Shown here in pieces: positions 1 through 9,664 of a DNA stretch of 64,000 nucleotides (position 1 is its first letter; each line of letters starts with the position of its first letter). The notes under the pieces were generated by a model that saw only the letters and a program-made list of their open reading frames with translations, searched no databases and was not told the origin of the DNA. This stretch comes from Janthinobacterium lividum (GTDB lineage: Bacteria > Bacteroidota > Bacteroidia > Sphingobacteriales > Sphingobacteriaceae): the NCBI GenBank assembly GCA_050955045.1, contig JBPBQV010000004.1:13496-77495 (forward strand), given 5' to 3'. Position numbers and translations under genes: made by a program.

Positions 1-802
1 AAGGATCAATTTTTAAAATCTGCTGTTTGATTAAAGGAATTTCCAATCGCGTGGCAACTGTAAAAACTATATCCCGCGGATCATTAATCTGGCCATCTTT
101 TCCATAACCACTTTTACCCTGATAAATGGTTACGCCACGACCCAAATTTTCGGTAATCATCATGCGTATCGTTTCGCTTTTGGTTGATATAACTGTAATG
201 CCCGTATATTGCTCAATTCCGTTCAATATAAAATCAATCATTTTAGAAGCGGCCAGATAAGTAAGAATAGAATACAAAGCAGATTCGATCCCCAGAAAAA
301 ATGCTGCTGCCGAGAAAATCACAACGTTTAAGATCAATATTACATCGCTTACTTTAAACAACTGCATTTTTTTGCTCACTAATAAAGCTGCAATTTCGGT
401 TCCGTCCAGCACTGCACCTCCGCGAATTGCTAAGCCTATTCCTACACCAATAAATAAGCCGCCGAATACGGCTGTTAACAGTTTATCAGGCGTAATATCC
501 GGAAAATGAATAAAAGCCAGGCAAAGCGCTAATCCGGCAATAGCTAAAGCACTTTTTATAGCAAATACGTTACCCAGCTTACTATAACCTAATATCAGGA
601 ATGGAATGTTGATTACAAAAATCAGGATAGAGATGGGAATACTTGTTACATCTGCTATCAGCATAGATATTCCGGTAACGCCACCGTCAATAAAACGGCT
701 CGACAGTAAAAATCCTTTCAAACCTACGCTGGCTGATAATATGCCCAACATTATCAATACCGCATCTGCTAAAGTGCTTTTCAGGGTAATTTTTGCTTCC
801 AT
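1..802 (-). CDS. YitT-family membrane protein (DUF2179-type), partial; the 3' end lies beyond the window start
   Basis: Manual reverse-strand translation from the ATG at 800-802: MEAKITLKSTLADAVLIMLGILSASVGLKGFLLSSRFIDGGVTGISMLIADV...GRGVTIYQGKSGYGKDG. It has the multi-TM N-terminal part and the C-terminal DUF2179-like segment. It is absent from the ORF track because no stop codon falls inside the window. Confidence 0.75.
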   Translation of the reverse strand, partial: MEAKITLKSTLADAVLIMLGILSASVGLKGFLLSSRFIDGGVTGISMLIADVTSIPISILIFVINIPFLILGYSKLGNVFAIKSALAIAGLALCLAFIHFPDITPDKLLTAVFGGLFIGVGIGLAIRGGAVLDGTEIAALLVSKKMQLFKVSDVILILNVVIFSAAAFFLGIESALYSILTYLAASKMIDFILNGIEQYTGITVISTKSETIRMMITENLGRGVTIYQGKSGYGKDGQINDPRDIVFTVATRLEIPLIKQQILKIDP

Positions 803-992
803 ATCCAAATATAGTTTATCCGGCTATAGGTTAGTGGTTTTATTACGCTGTAACTTCAATAACTTGGATTGCGTTAAATTAACCGGAATAATAAATCCAT
901 TAACTATTTAGATTGATTTTTTTCGTTTCAAGCTTTTTCAACTTTATAAATTAAGCTTAATTATTCTAAATTGCTTCACTAAATTTTATGAA

Positions 993-1406
993 ATGATTAA
1001 GCCAAAAAGTATTGTTTTTACCTTGTTGATTACGGCCATTGCTGCAATGGGCGCAACAGTGAATATGCAGGAAATAATTCTGCCGAAGCGTAATTTAAAA
1101 GTGTTACCAAAAAATATCAGCAAGGATGATTTAAATAAAGTGATGGACGAATGGAAAGTAGCTTTAGGTGTAAAATGTAATTTTTGCCATGCCGCAACAG
1201 CAGATAATCCGCGAAAAATGGATTGGGCAAGTGATGCCAAACCCGAAAAAGAAATGGCGCGCCAGATGTACACGATGAATGCCAAAATCAACAAAAAGTA
1301 TTTTCATACTAAAAAAGGTGCTGATGGCATGATGGCTATGCAGGCTGTAAACTGCAACACCTGCCATCATGGTGAGGCACATCCGGAAATAAAAGAAGGC
1401 AAATAA
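993..1406 (+). CDS. small secreted c-type cytochrome with two haem-binding sites
   Basis: N-terminal signal/TM segment and two CxxCH motifs (CNFCH, CNTCH). It is followed by a hairpin terminator. Confidence 0.8.
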   Translation: MIKPKSIVFTLLITAIAAMGATVNMQEIILPKRNLKVLPKNISKDDLNKVMDEWKVALGVKCNFCHAATADNPRKMDWASDAKPEKEMARQMYTMNAKINKKYFHTKKGADGMMAMQAVNCNTCHHGEAHPEIKEGK

Positions 1407-1436
1407 AAATTTGATTTAAACTTTTACTGTATAAAA

Positions 1437-1473
1437 AACCCTCTGCTAATGATAGTTGAGGGTTTTGCTTTTG
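1437..1473. terminator. Rho-independent-type hairpin, probably once shared by the convergent cytochrome c / M23 peptidase pair
   Basis: Stem aaccctc (1437-1443) pairs with gagggtt (1458-1464). An A-run lies 5' and ttgcttttg lies 3'. Confidence 0.6.
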
Positions 1474-1491
1474 TAAGAAGATTTTTAAACC

Positions 1492-1570
1492 CGACTTCTT
1501 TACCCAGCCCGTTTCCTGCCATCTTCTACTAAATAAAAATTTTTTAAAACTAGCCAAAATCGACTGGTTT
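1492..1570 (-). pseudogene. decayed, displaced copy of the 3' end of the M23/SH3b peptidase gene (left direct repeat of the KAP islet)
   Basis: Hand alignment with 3173-3254 gives about 64 identities over about 82 columns. It translates as ...ASFKKFLFSRRWQETGWVKK, against ...AGFEGFYLVEDGKETGWVRK* in the intact gene. The stop codon is lost and a 1-nt deletion breaks the frame. Confidence 0.65.
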
Positions 1571-1625
1571 ACTAGCGTAATTTTATTAATGTTTTTTTAT
1601 AGCTACCTTTTGCTTTTAAACCGAT

Positions 1626-3155
1626 ATGACTAAAATTTTAAATAACAAAGAACTTGGCAACTATAAAGAAGAAGATCAATTCAATTTTATAGTCAAAGCT
1701 GATGCAATAAAATATTTTTTAGAGTTTAATACAGAATCTTTAGAAATCAATAAGATGTTGGTTTTATATGGAGATTGGGGAAGCGGTAAAACTTCTTTGA
1801 TGAAGCATATCGAAAAAGAAATTAATAAAAATATCTACAAAACAATTTTCTTTCATGCTTGGGAACATGAAAAAGACGAAAATCTGGCTTTGTCTTTATG
1901 TGATGCTTTGACTGATTGTGTGAAAGACAATACCTCTGAAATTGTAAAAGATTTTATGAAAGCTGCATTGTTAACTTTTAAAAGTTTTGCAAGTGGTATT
2001 ACTTTAAAATCTTCTGCTCTTTTATCAGGTCTTGGATTAGAATTTGAGTTTTCAGGTGAAAAATATATTGAAGCTATTGACAAAGCATTAGAAAGTAAAA
2101 CAGAGCCATCTTTCTTTATTAAAAATTCAAAATTTAAAGAAAAATTTAGAGCAGTAGAAGATTTAATTATAAAGGATTCTGGTGCTCAAAAAATATTAGT
2201 TTTTGTAGATGACTTGGATAGATGTGAACCAGAAAACGTACTAAATTTAATAACTGCTTTAAAGCTATTTTTTACTTATGGTGATAAAACAGTTTTCTTT
2301 AGCGGAATGGATAAAGAAGCTGTTACGAAAGCAGTAAAAACTAAATACAAGGATGTAGTAAAAGCAGAAGAATACTTGGAAAAGGTTTTTGATATTGCCT
2401 TTAACATGCCCAAAACCTTTATTCTAACTAAAATGCTAGAACCACATTTCGACGGAAGTTTTATATCTATTGATAGAAATGTTTTTAAAAATACAGATAT
2501 AATCGAGGATTTATTGCAGACTATTGGATTTACAAATCCTCGCCACATAAAGAAAGTCTTAAGTAAATATGAAATTTTAAAATCATTTAAAGTTCTTCAA
2601 AGTGTACCAAATGATTTCAAAAAAATAATTCCCAACATTCTTGATCTTGATAAGTCAGGAAATATATTTGAAACAATTTATTGTTTATTCTTTATCATTT
2701 TGTATGAGTTCTATCTAAATGAATTTAAAGAAATTGAAGATTATGATGAAAAAATGTCAAGATATATTGAACCAGCGTTAAACTTTTTAAAAGAGACAAA
2801 AGAGGACTACAAATATTCTACTACCATATTATTTATTGATGATCAATACAAAATTGAAGATGTTAAAATTAAATCTATTAAAGAAATATTTACTAAAGTT
2901 AAAAATGAGTCTAATGGTATTAGTAAATTAACTTTCACAAGTTTTTTATTAATATTTGCTCATATGCATCCAAAGTTTTTAGAAGTAGGTTATGGAGTAA
3001 ATGATTCATCGTTTCTAAATTCATTTAATGATAATAATATTCTTAGCTTATTTTGCAAATTTCTTATTAAATATGAAAAGGATATTATGAATCCTGTTAA
3101 TCAAACGGATTATATTTTATGGAACCTTTTTTCGATGGTTAAATATCTGCTTTAA
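1626..3155 (+). CDS. KAP-family P-loop NTPase
   Basis: Walker A LYGDWGSGKTSL, Walker B ILVFVDDLDRCEPENV, and the family-typical TNPRHIKKVLSKYE segment. The DNA is very AT-rich relative to its flanks. Confidence 0.8.
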   Translation: MTKILNNKELGNYKEEDQFNFIVKADAIKYFLEFNTESLEINKMLVLYGDWGSGKTSLMKHIEKEINKNIYKTIFFHAWEHEKDENLALSLCDALTDCVKDNTSEIVKDFMKAALLTFKSFASGITLKSSALLSGLGLEFEFSGEKYIEAIDKALESKTEPSFFIKNSKFKEKFRAVEDLIIKDSGAQKILVFVDDLDRCEPENVLNLITALKLFFTYGDKTVFFSGMDKEAVTKAVKTKYKDVVKAEEYLEKVFDIAFNMPKTFILTKMLEPHFDGSFISIDRNVFKNTDIIEDLLQTIGFTNPRHIKKVLSKYEILKSFKVLQSVPNDFKKIIPNILDLDKSGNIFETIYCLFFIILYEFYLNEFKEIEDYDEKMSRYIEPALNFLKETKEDYKYSTTILFIDDQYKIEDVKIKSIKEIFTKVKNESNGISKLTFTSFLLIFAHMHPKFLEVGYGVNDSSFLNSFNDNNILSLFCKFLIKYEKDIMNPVNQTDYILWNLFSMVKYLL

Positions 3156-3172
3156 TGAATCTTTCTCCTACC

Positions 3173-4492
3173 CTACTTCCTCACCCAACCTGTTTCCTTG
3201 CCATCTTCCACCAAATAAAAACCTTCAAAACCAGCCAATATGTTTACTGGTTTTCCTGCTGTTAAAATCAGCTTTTTAGGTGATAAAGTATCCGGTTGAT
3301 TATACAAAGCTTGTGCTGTTTTTAAGGTATATTTTCTTAATGGCGCACTAACGGCATCAACCGCTTTACTGCTTAAATAACCAGCCTGCCCGTTGGGTAG
3401 CGTTACTTTATAATAATTTCCGGCGGCCGCATCTACATGCAAAGCTGTTCCTTCGGGTAATGCTTCTTTTACCAATGATTTTTCAGTAGGCGAATTGTAT
3501 AATTTGCTGCGGTTATCCGTTCGTACAGTTGCATTCAGGTTCTTTAAAGATGCGGTAATCGGTTCAGGCTTTTTAGTAATTGGCGCAACAAACGTAAGCG
3601 GATTTACTGCGCCGCCATTGGTATAAATACCAAAATGCAAATGTGAAGGCGTAGTGCGCGCATTGCCGGTATTACCAACCAAACCAACTGTATCGCCAAT
3701 CATTACATGCTGACCGTTGTGCACCAACTGCGAATCCAAGTGTGCATAATACAACGTATAATCGGCATCATCCGGACGCAGAAAAACTACTTTTCCGCCT
3801 AACTTATTTTCGCTTGGCTGCACTGTTCCGTTTGCACCAGCCAAAGCTGGTGTTCCTTTTTTGGCGAAAATATCTATGCCTTCGTGTTTACGAATTCCAG
3901 CATCACGATCTACACCATATAAACTGCCAATGTTTGGATTGCCGGATTCTGCCACCGGAAAAGATAATGACGGTCCGGATTGTATCGTTAACGTATATTC
4001 ACCGCTGCGCAATAATTCTGGTTGTAAACGAAGCAAATAAGTTCCGGCCTGTTTTACTTCAACAATTAAAAGTTTTCCGGTGGTATCCGCGGAAGCCAGT
4101 ACGCGGTTTAAATTGCTTTGCTGCCAAACATCCATAAAAACATTGAAATTTTGTGTGGGATTTTTGCTGAGGCTGATGTATAGCTTCTCGCCTCTTTTAC
4201 CTTCAAACTGGAAGGTTGCAGCTTGAATCAGCTCCGCAGCAAAAAAACCGGTTTCTTTATATGGAGTGCTGATTTTTAAAGCTTTACTCAAACTTTGATC
4301 AGCCGTTTGCAGCCACTCGCTGCCCATGGCGGTTTGCTGCAAACCAGCAGTTTTTAAACGTGTTCCATAAGTTTCGTGCGGAGACATTTTTTTGAACAAT
4401 CCGGCCGGGCCAATGCTGTTACACGAAAAAATTACCGATAAAAGAAGCATCGCCAGAAAGCTTCGTGTTTTATATTGAAAAAAAAAGTTCAT
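3173..4492 (-). CDS. M23-family metallopeptidase with C-terminal SH3b-like repeats
   Basis: HEGIDIF...YAHLD...GNTGNARTTPSHLHFGIY motifs, an N-terminal signal peptide, and two SH3b-like C-terminal segments. Confidence 0.85.
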   Translation of the reverse strand: MNFFFQYKTRSFLAMLLLSVIFSCNSIGPAGLFKKMSPHETYGTRLKTAGLQQTAMGSEWLQTADQSLSKALKISTPYKETGFFAAELIQAATFQFEGKRGEKLYISLSKNPTQNFNVFMDVWQQSNLNRVLASADTTGKLLIVEVKQAGTYLLRLQPELLRSGEYTLTIQSGPSLSFPVAESGNPNIGSLYGVDRDAGIRKHEGIDIFAKKGTPALAGANGTVQPSENKLGGKVVFLRPDDADYTLYYAHLDSQLVHNGQHVMIGDTVGLVGNTGNARTTPSHLHFGIYTNGGAVNPLTFVAPITKKPEPITASLKNLNATVRTDNRSKLYNSPTEKSLVKEALPEGTALHVDAAAGNYYKVTLPNGQAGYLSSKAVDAVSAPLRKYTLKTAQALYNQPDTLSPKKLILTAGKPVNILAGFEGFYLVEDGKETGWVRK

Positions 4493-4560
4493 AGTTAAAG
4501 TTTACTGTAGATTTTAACCTTTTTAAGCAGATGAATGTTTGTTTTCAAAGTCGCCGTGTT

Positions 4561-4588
4561 GTCATTTCGAACGAAGAGAGAAATCTTT
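4561..4588. repeat. solo half-copy of the GTCATTTCGA...GAGAAATCT palindromic element family
   Basis: gtcatttcgaacgaagagagaaatcttt matches the left arms at 11011 and 19371. No partner arm was found nearby. Confidence 0.45.
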
Positions 4589-4741
4589 ATCAAACCCTAT
4601 CAAATATTATTTAACATGCAGCAATAAGTTGGATAAAGTTTTGGTAGCAGTCAATCAAGCGTTGACTGCCAGGTTTTGATCTCTGAAAACTATCAGCGCG
4701 TAACTCACAGAGACAATATCACATCAATAAAACTGGAGGTT

Positions 4742-5851
4742 TTAATTATTACCAGTTCCTTGTTTGGCAAGCGTTGTACTTCGTTTATTGCTTAAATATT
4801 TCCTCACGGGAATATCGTAAAGTATCATTACCAAGTAAGCTGCCCCAACCAACAGGATCAGCCCGGCAATGATGATGAAAGCCAGTTGCATTGTCTCCGG
4901 CTTATGGCTGATGTAATAGTTACCAAACATCCATAGTACGGCATAATGCGTCATGTACAATGGATAAGAGATTTTTCCAGAGAATATGCAAACCTTTTTT
5001 AAGCCAGGTGCTAACGTAGCTCCTGCACCTAAAGCGACCAGCAAGGGGAAATAAAACAGTACGATGAAAGGTTCGGATAACCAGTTCCATTTTGAGGATG
5101 GCATAACGAAGGCTAAAAACAATAATATAGCTATACCAATAAATCCCAGCTTGTTTTTAATAATCCAGTTGGAACGGTAGATGAGCAATCCTGCTAAAAA
5201 AGAATACGATATCCGAACGCTCCCGTCCCAAAAAGTTGGGCCGCTCCATCCACCTAATAAATTGCCGGAACGGTAACCTACAAAGCTAATAGCCAATGCC
5301 GAGATTAGTATTAACAGCAACAAGTAGCCACGCCGGGTTCGATAAAGCACCAATGCGTAAACAATATTGGCAACATATTCCCAAAACAACGACCATGCCG
5401 GTGCATTGAAACTGAACAGGTTAAAACCACGGTCGGCTATTACAGGCAATGGAATTAGCAGTATCGAACAAAAAAATGTCAGAATGATTTTACCGGTGCT
5501 GTATAATTCGGGATGACCGCCAAATGGGTCGAACAAAAATGCCAGCAGACCTAATACCGATCCTGCCACAACCAGCGGGTGCAGGCGGATGATCCTTGCT
5601 TTAAAAAACTCCAAAATGCTCATTTTTGCTATACGATCGTCATAAGCATATCCAATCACAAATCCCGAAAGGCAGAAGAAAAAATCGACAGCTAAAAAAC
5701 CGTGTCCGATAAAGTTTTTGCTGGGATCATAAACCCATTCCATAAAATGAAACGTTACAACGGCCAGGGCGGCAATACCCCTTAACCCATCTAAAATTTC
5801 AAAATGCTGTTTTGTTTGCAGCGTTGATAGGGCGATATCGTTCTTGTCCAT
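4742..5851 (-). CDS. acyltransferase family 3 (OafA-like) membrane protein
   Basis: ILDGLRGIAALAVVTFHF N-terminal signature and about 10 predicted TM segments. Confidence 0.8.
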   Translation of the reverse strand: MDKNDIALSTLQTKQHFEILDGLRGIAALAVVTFHFMEWVYDPSKNFIGHGFLAVDFFFCLSGFVIGYAYDDRIAKMSILEFFKARIIRLHPLVVAGSVLGLLAFLFDPFGGHPELYSTGKIILTFFCSILLIPLPVIADRGFNLFSFNAPAWSLFWEYVANIVYALVLYRTRRGYLLLLILISALAISFVGYRSGNLLGGWSGPTFWDGSVRISYSFLAGLLIYRSNWIIKNKLGFIGIAILLFLAFVMPSSKWNWLSEPFIVLFYFPLLVALGAGATLAPGLKKVCIFSGKISYPLYMTHYAVLWMFGNYYISHKPETMQLAFIIIAGLILLVGAAYLVMILYDIPVRKYLSNKRSTTLAKQGTGNN

Positions 5852-6092
5852 TTGGTAAATAAACAGTATTAGCCAATCATAATTAAATATGAGCTTGTCG
5901 AAATAAGTTTAATTTACTTTTTCAATCTGATATTTTAGCATTAAAAGAACGCAATAGCACACAATCCCAAAAAACACTGATAAAAGAAGCATTTTCATCA
6001 GTAAAAATTACACATTGTAATATTCTCTTCACGAAATAAAAATCTTAACCTAAAATTTCTATATTTAAACTCACCGTTAGCTTCAATACGAT

Positions 6093-7727
6093 TTGAAAAG
6101 AAGAGATTTTATTTACCTCAGCAGTTTAAGCCTTGGTGCTGCTGCCTTGCCTAATGTTCCGGCGTTCGGAAAATCTGTTCCCTTAGATGCTGAATATACC
6201 ACAGTTGATGCAGCCATCAAAAAAAAGCTGGCTGATGTAGCTTTAAATGCAGCGCGTTCCAAAGGTGCAACTTATACCGATGTGCGAATTGGTCGCTACC
6301 TCAACCAATCTATTATTACCCGCGAAAACAGAGTGCAGAATATTGCCAATACCGAATCGTACGGAATGGGCATTCGGGTAATTGCAAACGGTTGTTGGGG
6401 TTTTGCTGCAACAGACAAATTGGATAACGACAGCATTGCCAAAACTACAGCACTGGCCGTTGCTATCGCGAAAGAAAACTCCAGATTACTTACGGAACCG
6501 GTGCAACTGGCACCGCAAAAAGGTTATGGAGAAGTGAGCTGGAAAACGCCCATCGAAAAAAATGCTTTTGAAGTGCCCATCAAAGAAAAGGCTGATTTGC
6601 TTCTTTCTGTAAATGCCGCCGCTTTAAAAGCGGGTGCGAGTTTTATCAACAATTCTTTGTTTTTGGTGAATGAGCAGAAATATTTTGCTTCTACAGATGG
6701 TTCTTACATCGATCAGGATATTCATCGTATATGGCCAACTTTTACGGCAACTAAAATTGATGCGAAGTCAGGCAAATTTCAAACCCGGAATTCATTAAGC
6801 GCGCCGATGGGAATGGGTTACGAATATCTGATTCCGAAGGAAGAAGAAAAAATACACGGTGTAATTACGTTATATAAAAAACGGTACGATATGCTGGAAG
6901 ATGCGCAATCAGCCGTAAGAAATCTGGATGAAAAGCTGCTGGCAAAATCCATAGAACCCGGAAAATATGACATAGTTTTAGATCCAACCAACCTTTTCCT
7001 AACTATTCACGAATCTGTGGGTCATCCAACCGAGTTGGATCGTGTTTTAGGTTACGAAGCTAATTTTGCCGGAACAAGTTTTCTGACTTTGGATAAATGG
7101 GAATCTAAAAACTTCAATTTCGGCAGTCCGCAGGTAAATATTGTTGCTGATAAGCTGCAGTCAGGCTCTTTAGGCGCGATGGGATATGATGATGAAGGCG
7201 TAAAAACCAAACAATGGAATTTGATTGATAAAGGCATCTTAGTAAATTATCAAACCATCCGCGATCAGGCACATATTCTGGGCTTGAAAGAATCTCAAGG
7301 TTGTTGTTATGCTGATAGTTGGGACAGCGTGCAGTTTCAGCGTATGCCAAATGTTTCGCTTCAACCAGGAAAATCTCCGTTAAAACCTGCGGATATGATT
7401 AAAGATATTAAAAAAGGCTTGTATATGTTTGGCCGAAATTCTTATTCTATTGATCAGCAACGGTTTAACTTCCAGTTTAGCAGTCAGCTTTGTTACGAAA
7501 TTAAAGATGGCAAAATAACTGGTTTGGTTAACGATGCCGCTTATCAATCCAACACCCGCGAATTTTGGAATTCGTGCGTACAGGTTTGCGACCAGCAAGA
7601 TTACCGTTTTGGAGGCACGTTTAGCGATGGAAAAGGGCAGCCCAGCCAAAGCAGTGCTGTTTCGCATGGTTGCGCTACCACCCGGTTTAATGGTGTAAGT
7701 GTGATTAATACAGCAAGGAAAATATAA
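6093..7727 (+). CDS. TldD/PmbA-family metallopeptidase, TldD-like, Tat signal peptide, TTG start
   Basis: MKRRDFIYLSSLSLGAAALP twin-arginine leader, HESVGHPTELDR metal-binding motif, TTG at 6093. Confidence 0.8.
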   Translation: MKRRDFIYLSSLSLGAAALPNVPAFGKSVPLDAEYTTVDAAIKKKLADVALNAARSKGATYTDVRIGRYLNQSIITRENRVQNIANTESYGMGIRVIANGCWGFAATDKLDNDSIAKTTALAVAIAKENSRLLTEPVQLAPQKGYGEVSWKTPIEKNAFEVPIKEKADLLLSVNAAALKAGASFINNSLFLVNEQKYFASTDGSYIDQDIHRIWPTFTATKIDAKSGKFQTRNSLSAPMGMGYEYLIPKEEEKIHGVITLYKKRYDMLEDAQSAVRNLDEKLLAKSIEPGKYDIVLDPTNLFLTIHESVGHPTELDRVLGYEANFAGTSFLTLDKWESKNFNFGSPQVNIVADKLQSGSLGAMGYDDEGVKTKQWNLIDKGILVNYQTIRDQAHILGLKESQGCCYADSWDSVQFQRMPNVSLQPGKSPLKPADMIKDIKKGLYMFGRNSYSIDQQRFNFQFSSQLCYEIKDGKITGLVNDAAYQSNTREFWNSCVQVCDQQDYRFGGTFSDGKGQPSQSSAVSHGCATTRFNGVSVINTARKI

Positions 7728-7826
7728 GTAGAATTTAGAGGATTTAAGAATAAGGCGAAATGCTTCTTTTATCAACATAAAATCATCCAACTAACAGAAC
7801 AATCATTCATTCTAAAAACCACTATT

Positions 7827-9464
7827 TTGAAAAGAAGAGATTTTGTTTACCTCGCAGGCATGGGCTTTGGTGCTTCCATGCTGTCCAATCTTCCGGCAAT
7901 AGGCAAACCCGTTCCGCTGGATGCGCCGTCAAATTCGGTTGATGTGGCCGCCAAAAAGAAAATGGCTGATATTGCTCTTAACGCAGCCCGTTCTGCTGGC
8001 GCAACTTATACCGATGTTCGGTTGGGCCGCGCGTTAAACCAGTTTGTGGTTACCCGCGAAGACAAGGTGCAGAATATCGTTAACACCGAATCATACGGAA
8101 TGGGTATCCGTGTAATTGCAAACGGCAGCTGGGGATTTGCGGCAACCGATAAACTGGATAACGATAGCATTGCACAAACTGCAAAACTGGCTACTGCTAT
8201 TGCCAAAGAGAATTCCAGATTGCTAACCGAACCTGTACAATTAGCACCACAAAAAGGTTATGGCGAAGTGAGCTGGAAAACGCCCATCGAGAAAAATGCT
8301 TTCGAAATCCCGATCAAAGAGAAAGTTGATTTGCTGCTTGCCGTAAACGCTGCTGCCATGAAAAGTGGTGCCAGCTTTGTGGATTCGCAGTTGTTTCTGG
8401 TAGATGAGCAGAAATACTTTGCTTCTACGGATGGTTCTTACATCGATCAGGATATCCATCGCATCTGGCCAACGTTTACGGTAACTAAAATCGACCCAAA
8501 ATCCGGAAAATTTGAAACCCGGAATTCGCTTGGCGCACCAATGGGAATGGGTTATGAATATTTAATGCCGAGAGAATCCGCTAAAATAAAAGGCGGCCCA
8601 ACTGTACTTTACAAAGAGCGGTACGATATGTTGGAAGATGCACGATTAGCAACGGCACAGGCGGAAGAAAAATTAAAGGCAAAATCTGTAGAAGGCGGAA
8701 AATATGATCTGGTGCTTGATCCGACTAATCTGTATTTAACCATTCACGAATCTTCCGGTCACCCTTCCGAACTGGATCGCGTGCTTGGTTACGAAGCCAA
8801 CTTCGCCGGAACAAGCTTTTTAACGCTGGATAAATGGAAATCTAAAAAATTCAATTACGGTAGCAAACTGGTTAATATCGTTGCAGATAAACTTCAGCCA
8901 GGTTCTTTGGGTCATGTTGGTTACGATGATGAAGGCGTAGCAACCAAAAAATGGGATGTGATTAAAGATGGCGTTTTGGTGAATTACCAATGCACGCGCG
9001 ATCAGGCACATATTTTGGGTTTAAACGAATCGCAGGGTTGTTGTTACTCGGATAGTTGGAGCAACGTGCAGTTTCAACGGATGCCCAATATTTCGCTGGA
9101 ACCCGGAAAAACACCACTTAGTGTTGCCGACCTGATTAAAAATGTAGAAAAAGGAATTTATATTATTGGCGATGGCTCCTACTCTATCGATCAGCAACGG
9201 TACAATTTCCAGTTTAGCGGACAGCTTTTTTACGAAATTAAAAACGGCAAAATTGCAGGTATGCTCAAAGATGTGGCTTATCAATCCAACACACAAGAAT
9301 TCTGGAACTCCTGTTCTGCGATTTGTGATGAACGTGATTATCGTTTAGGCGGAACTTTTTTTGACGGAAAAGGCCAGCCAACCCAAATCAGTTCTGTTTC
9401 GCACGGCGCGGCAACCACGCGTTTTAATGGTGTGAATGTGTTGAATACGGCGCGAAAAATATAA
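7827..9464 (+). CDS. TldD/PmbA-family metallopeptidase, TldD-like tandem paralogue, Tat signal peptide, TTG start
   Basis: MKRRDFVYLAGMGFGASML leader and HESSGHPSELDR motif. It shows high identity to 6093-7727 along its whole length. Confidence 0.8.
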   Translation: MKRRDFVYLAGMGFGASMLSNLPAIGKPVPLDAPSNSVDVAAKKKMADIALNAARSAGATYTDVRLGRALNQFVVTREDKVQNIVNTESYGMGIRVIANGSWGFAATDKLDNDSIAQTAKLATAIAKENSRLLTEPVQLAPQKGYGEVSWKTPIEKNAFEIPIKEKVDLLLAVNAAAMKSGASFVDSQLFLVDEQKYFASTDGSYIDQDIHRIWPTFTVTKIDPKSGKFETRNSLGAPMGMGYEYLMPRESAKIKGGPTVLYKERYDMLEDARLATAQAEEKLKAKSVEGGKYDLVLDPTNLYLTIHESSGHPSELDRVLGYEANFAGTSFLTLDKWKSKKFNYGSKLVNIVADKLQPGSLGHVGYDDEGVATKKWDVIKDGVLVNYQCTRDQAHILGLNESQGCCYSDSWSNVQFQRMPNISLEPGKTPLSVADLIKNVEKGIYIIGDGSYSIDQQRYNFQFSGQLFYEIKNGKIAGMLKDVAYQSNTQEFWNSCSAICDERDYRLGGTFFDGKGQPTQISSVSHGAATTRFNGVNVLNTARKI

Positions 9465-9478
9465 TCAGAATTCGATCA

Positions 9479-9633
9479 GAATTTAGAGAATTTAAGAATA
9501 AGGCAGAATGCTTCTTTTATCAGCCTAAAAACTTAAGCTGTTATTTTTCTTCTGATTTTAGATCGATACAAACACCTATTTTTATTGAATAAAAGAAGCA
9601 TCTTGTTAATTCTCAAATCTCCTAAATTCTGAT
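9479..9633. repeat. element of about 155 nt with imperfect terminal inverted repeats of about 45 nt (MITE-like or long stem-loop)
   Basis: The left arm gaatttagagaatttaagaataaggcagaatgcttcttttatca (9479-9522) is the imperfect reverse complement of 9589-9633. A solo left arm is also present at 7731-7774. Confidence 0.45.
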
Positions 9634-9664
9634 TAAATCAGTGTAATTAATAATTTAAAAAGAA

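Noticed and set aside
606-1294. Track ORFs 606-911 (+) and 986-1294 (-)
   Set aside because: The first lies antisense inside the YitT-family gene. The second lies antisense to the cytochrome c gene, which has clear CxxCH motifs. Neither has any recognisable feature.
1336-1557. 73-aa minus-strand ORF from the track
   Set aside because: Its N-terminal part is the frame-shifted relic of the M23 peptidase 3' end. The rest reads through the cytochrome c terminator and the cytochrome c coding region in antisense. I treat it as a pseudogene fragment, not a gene.
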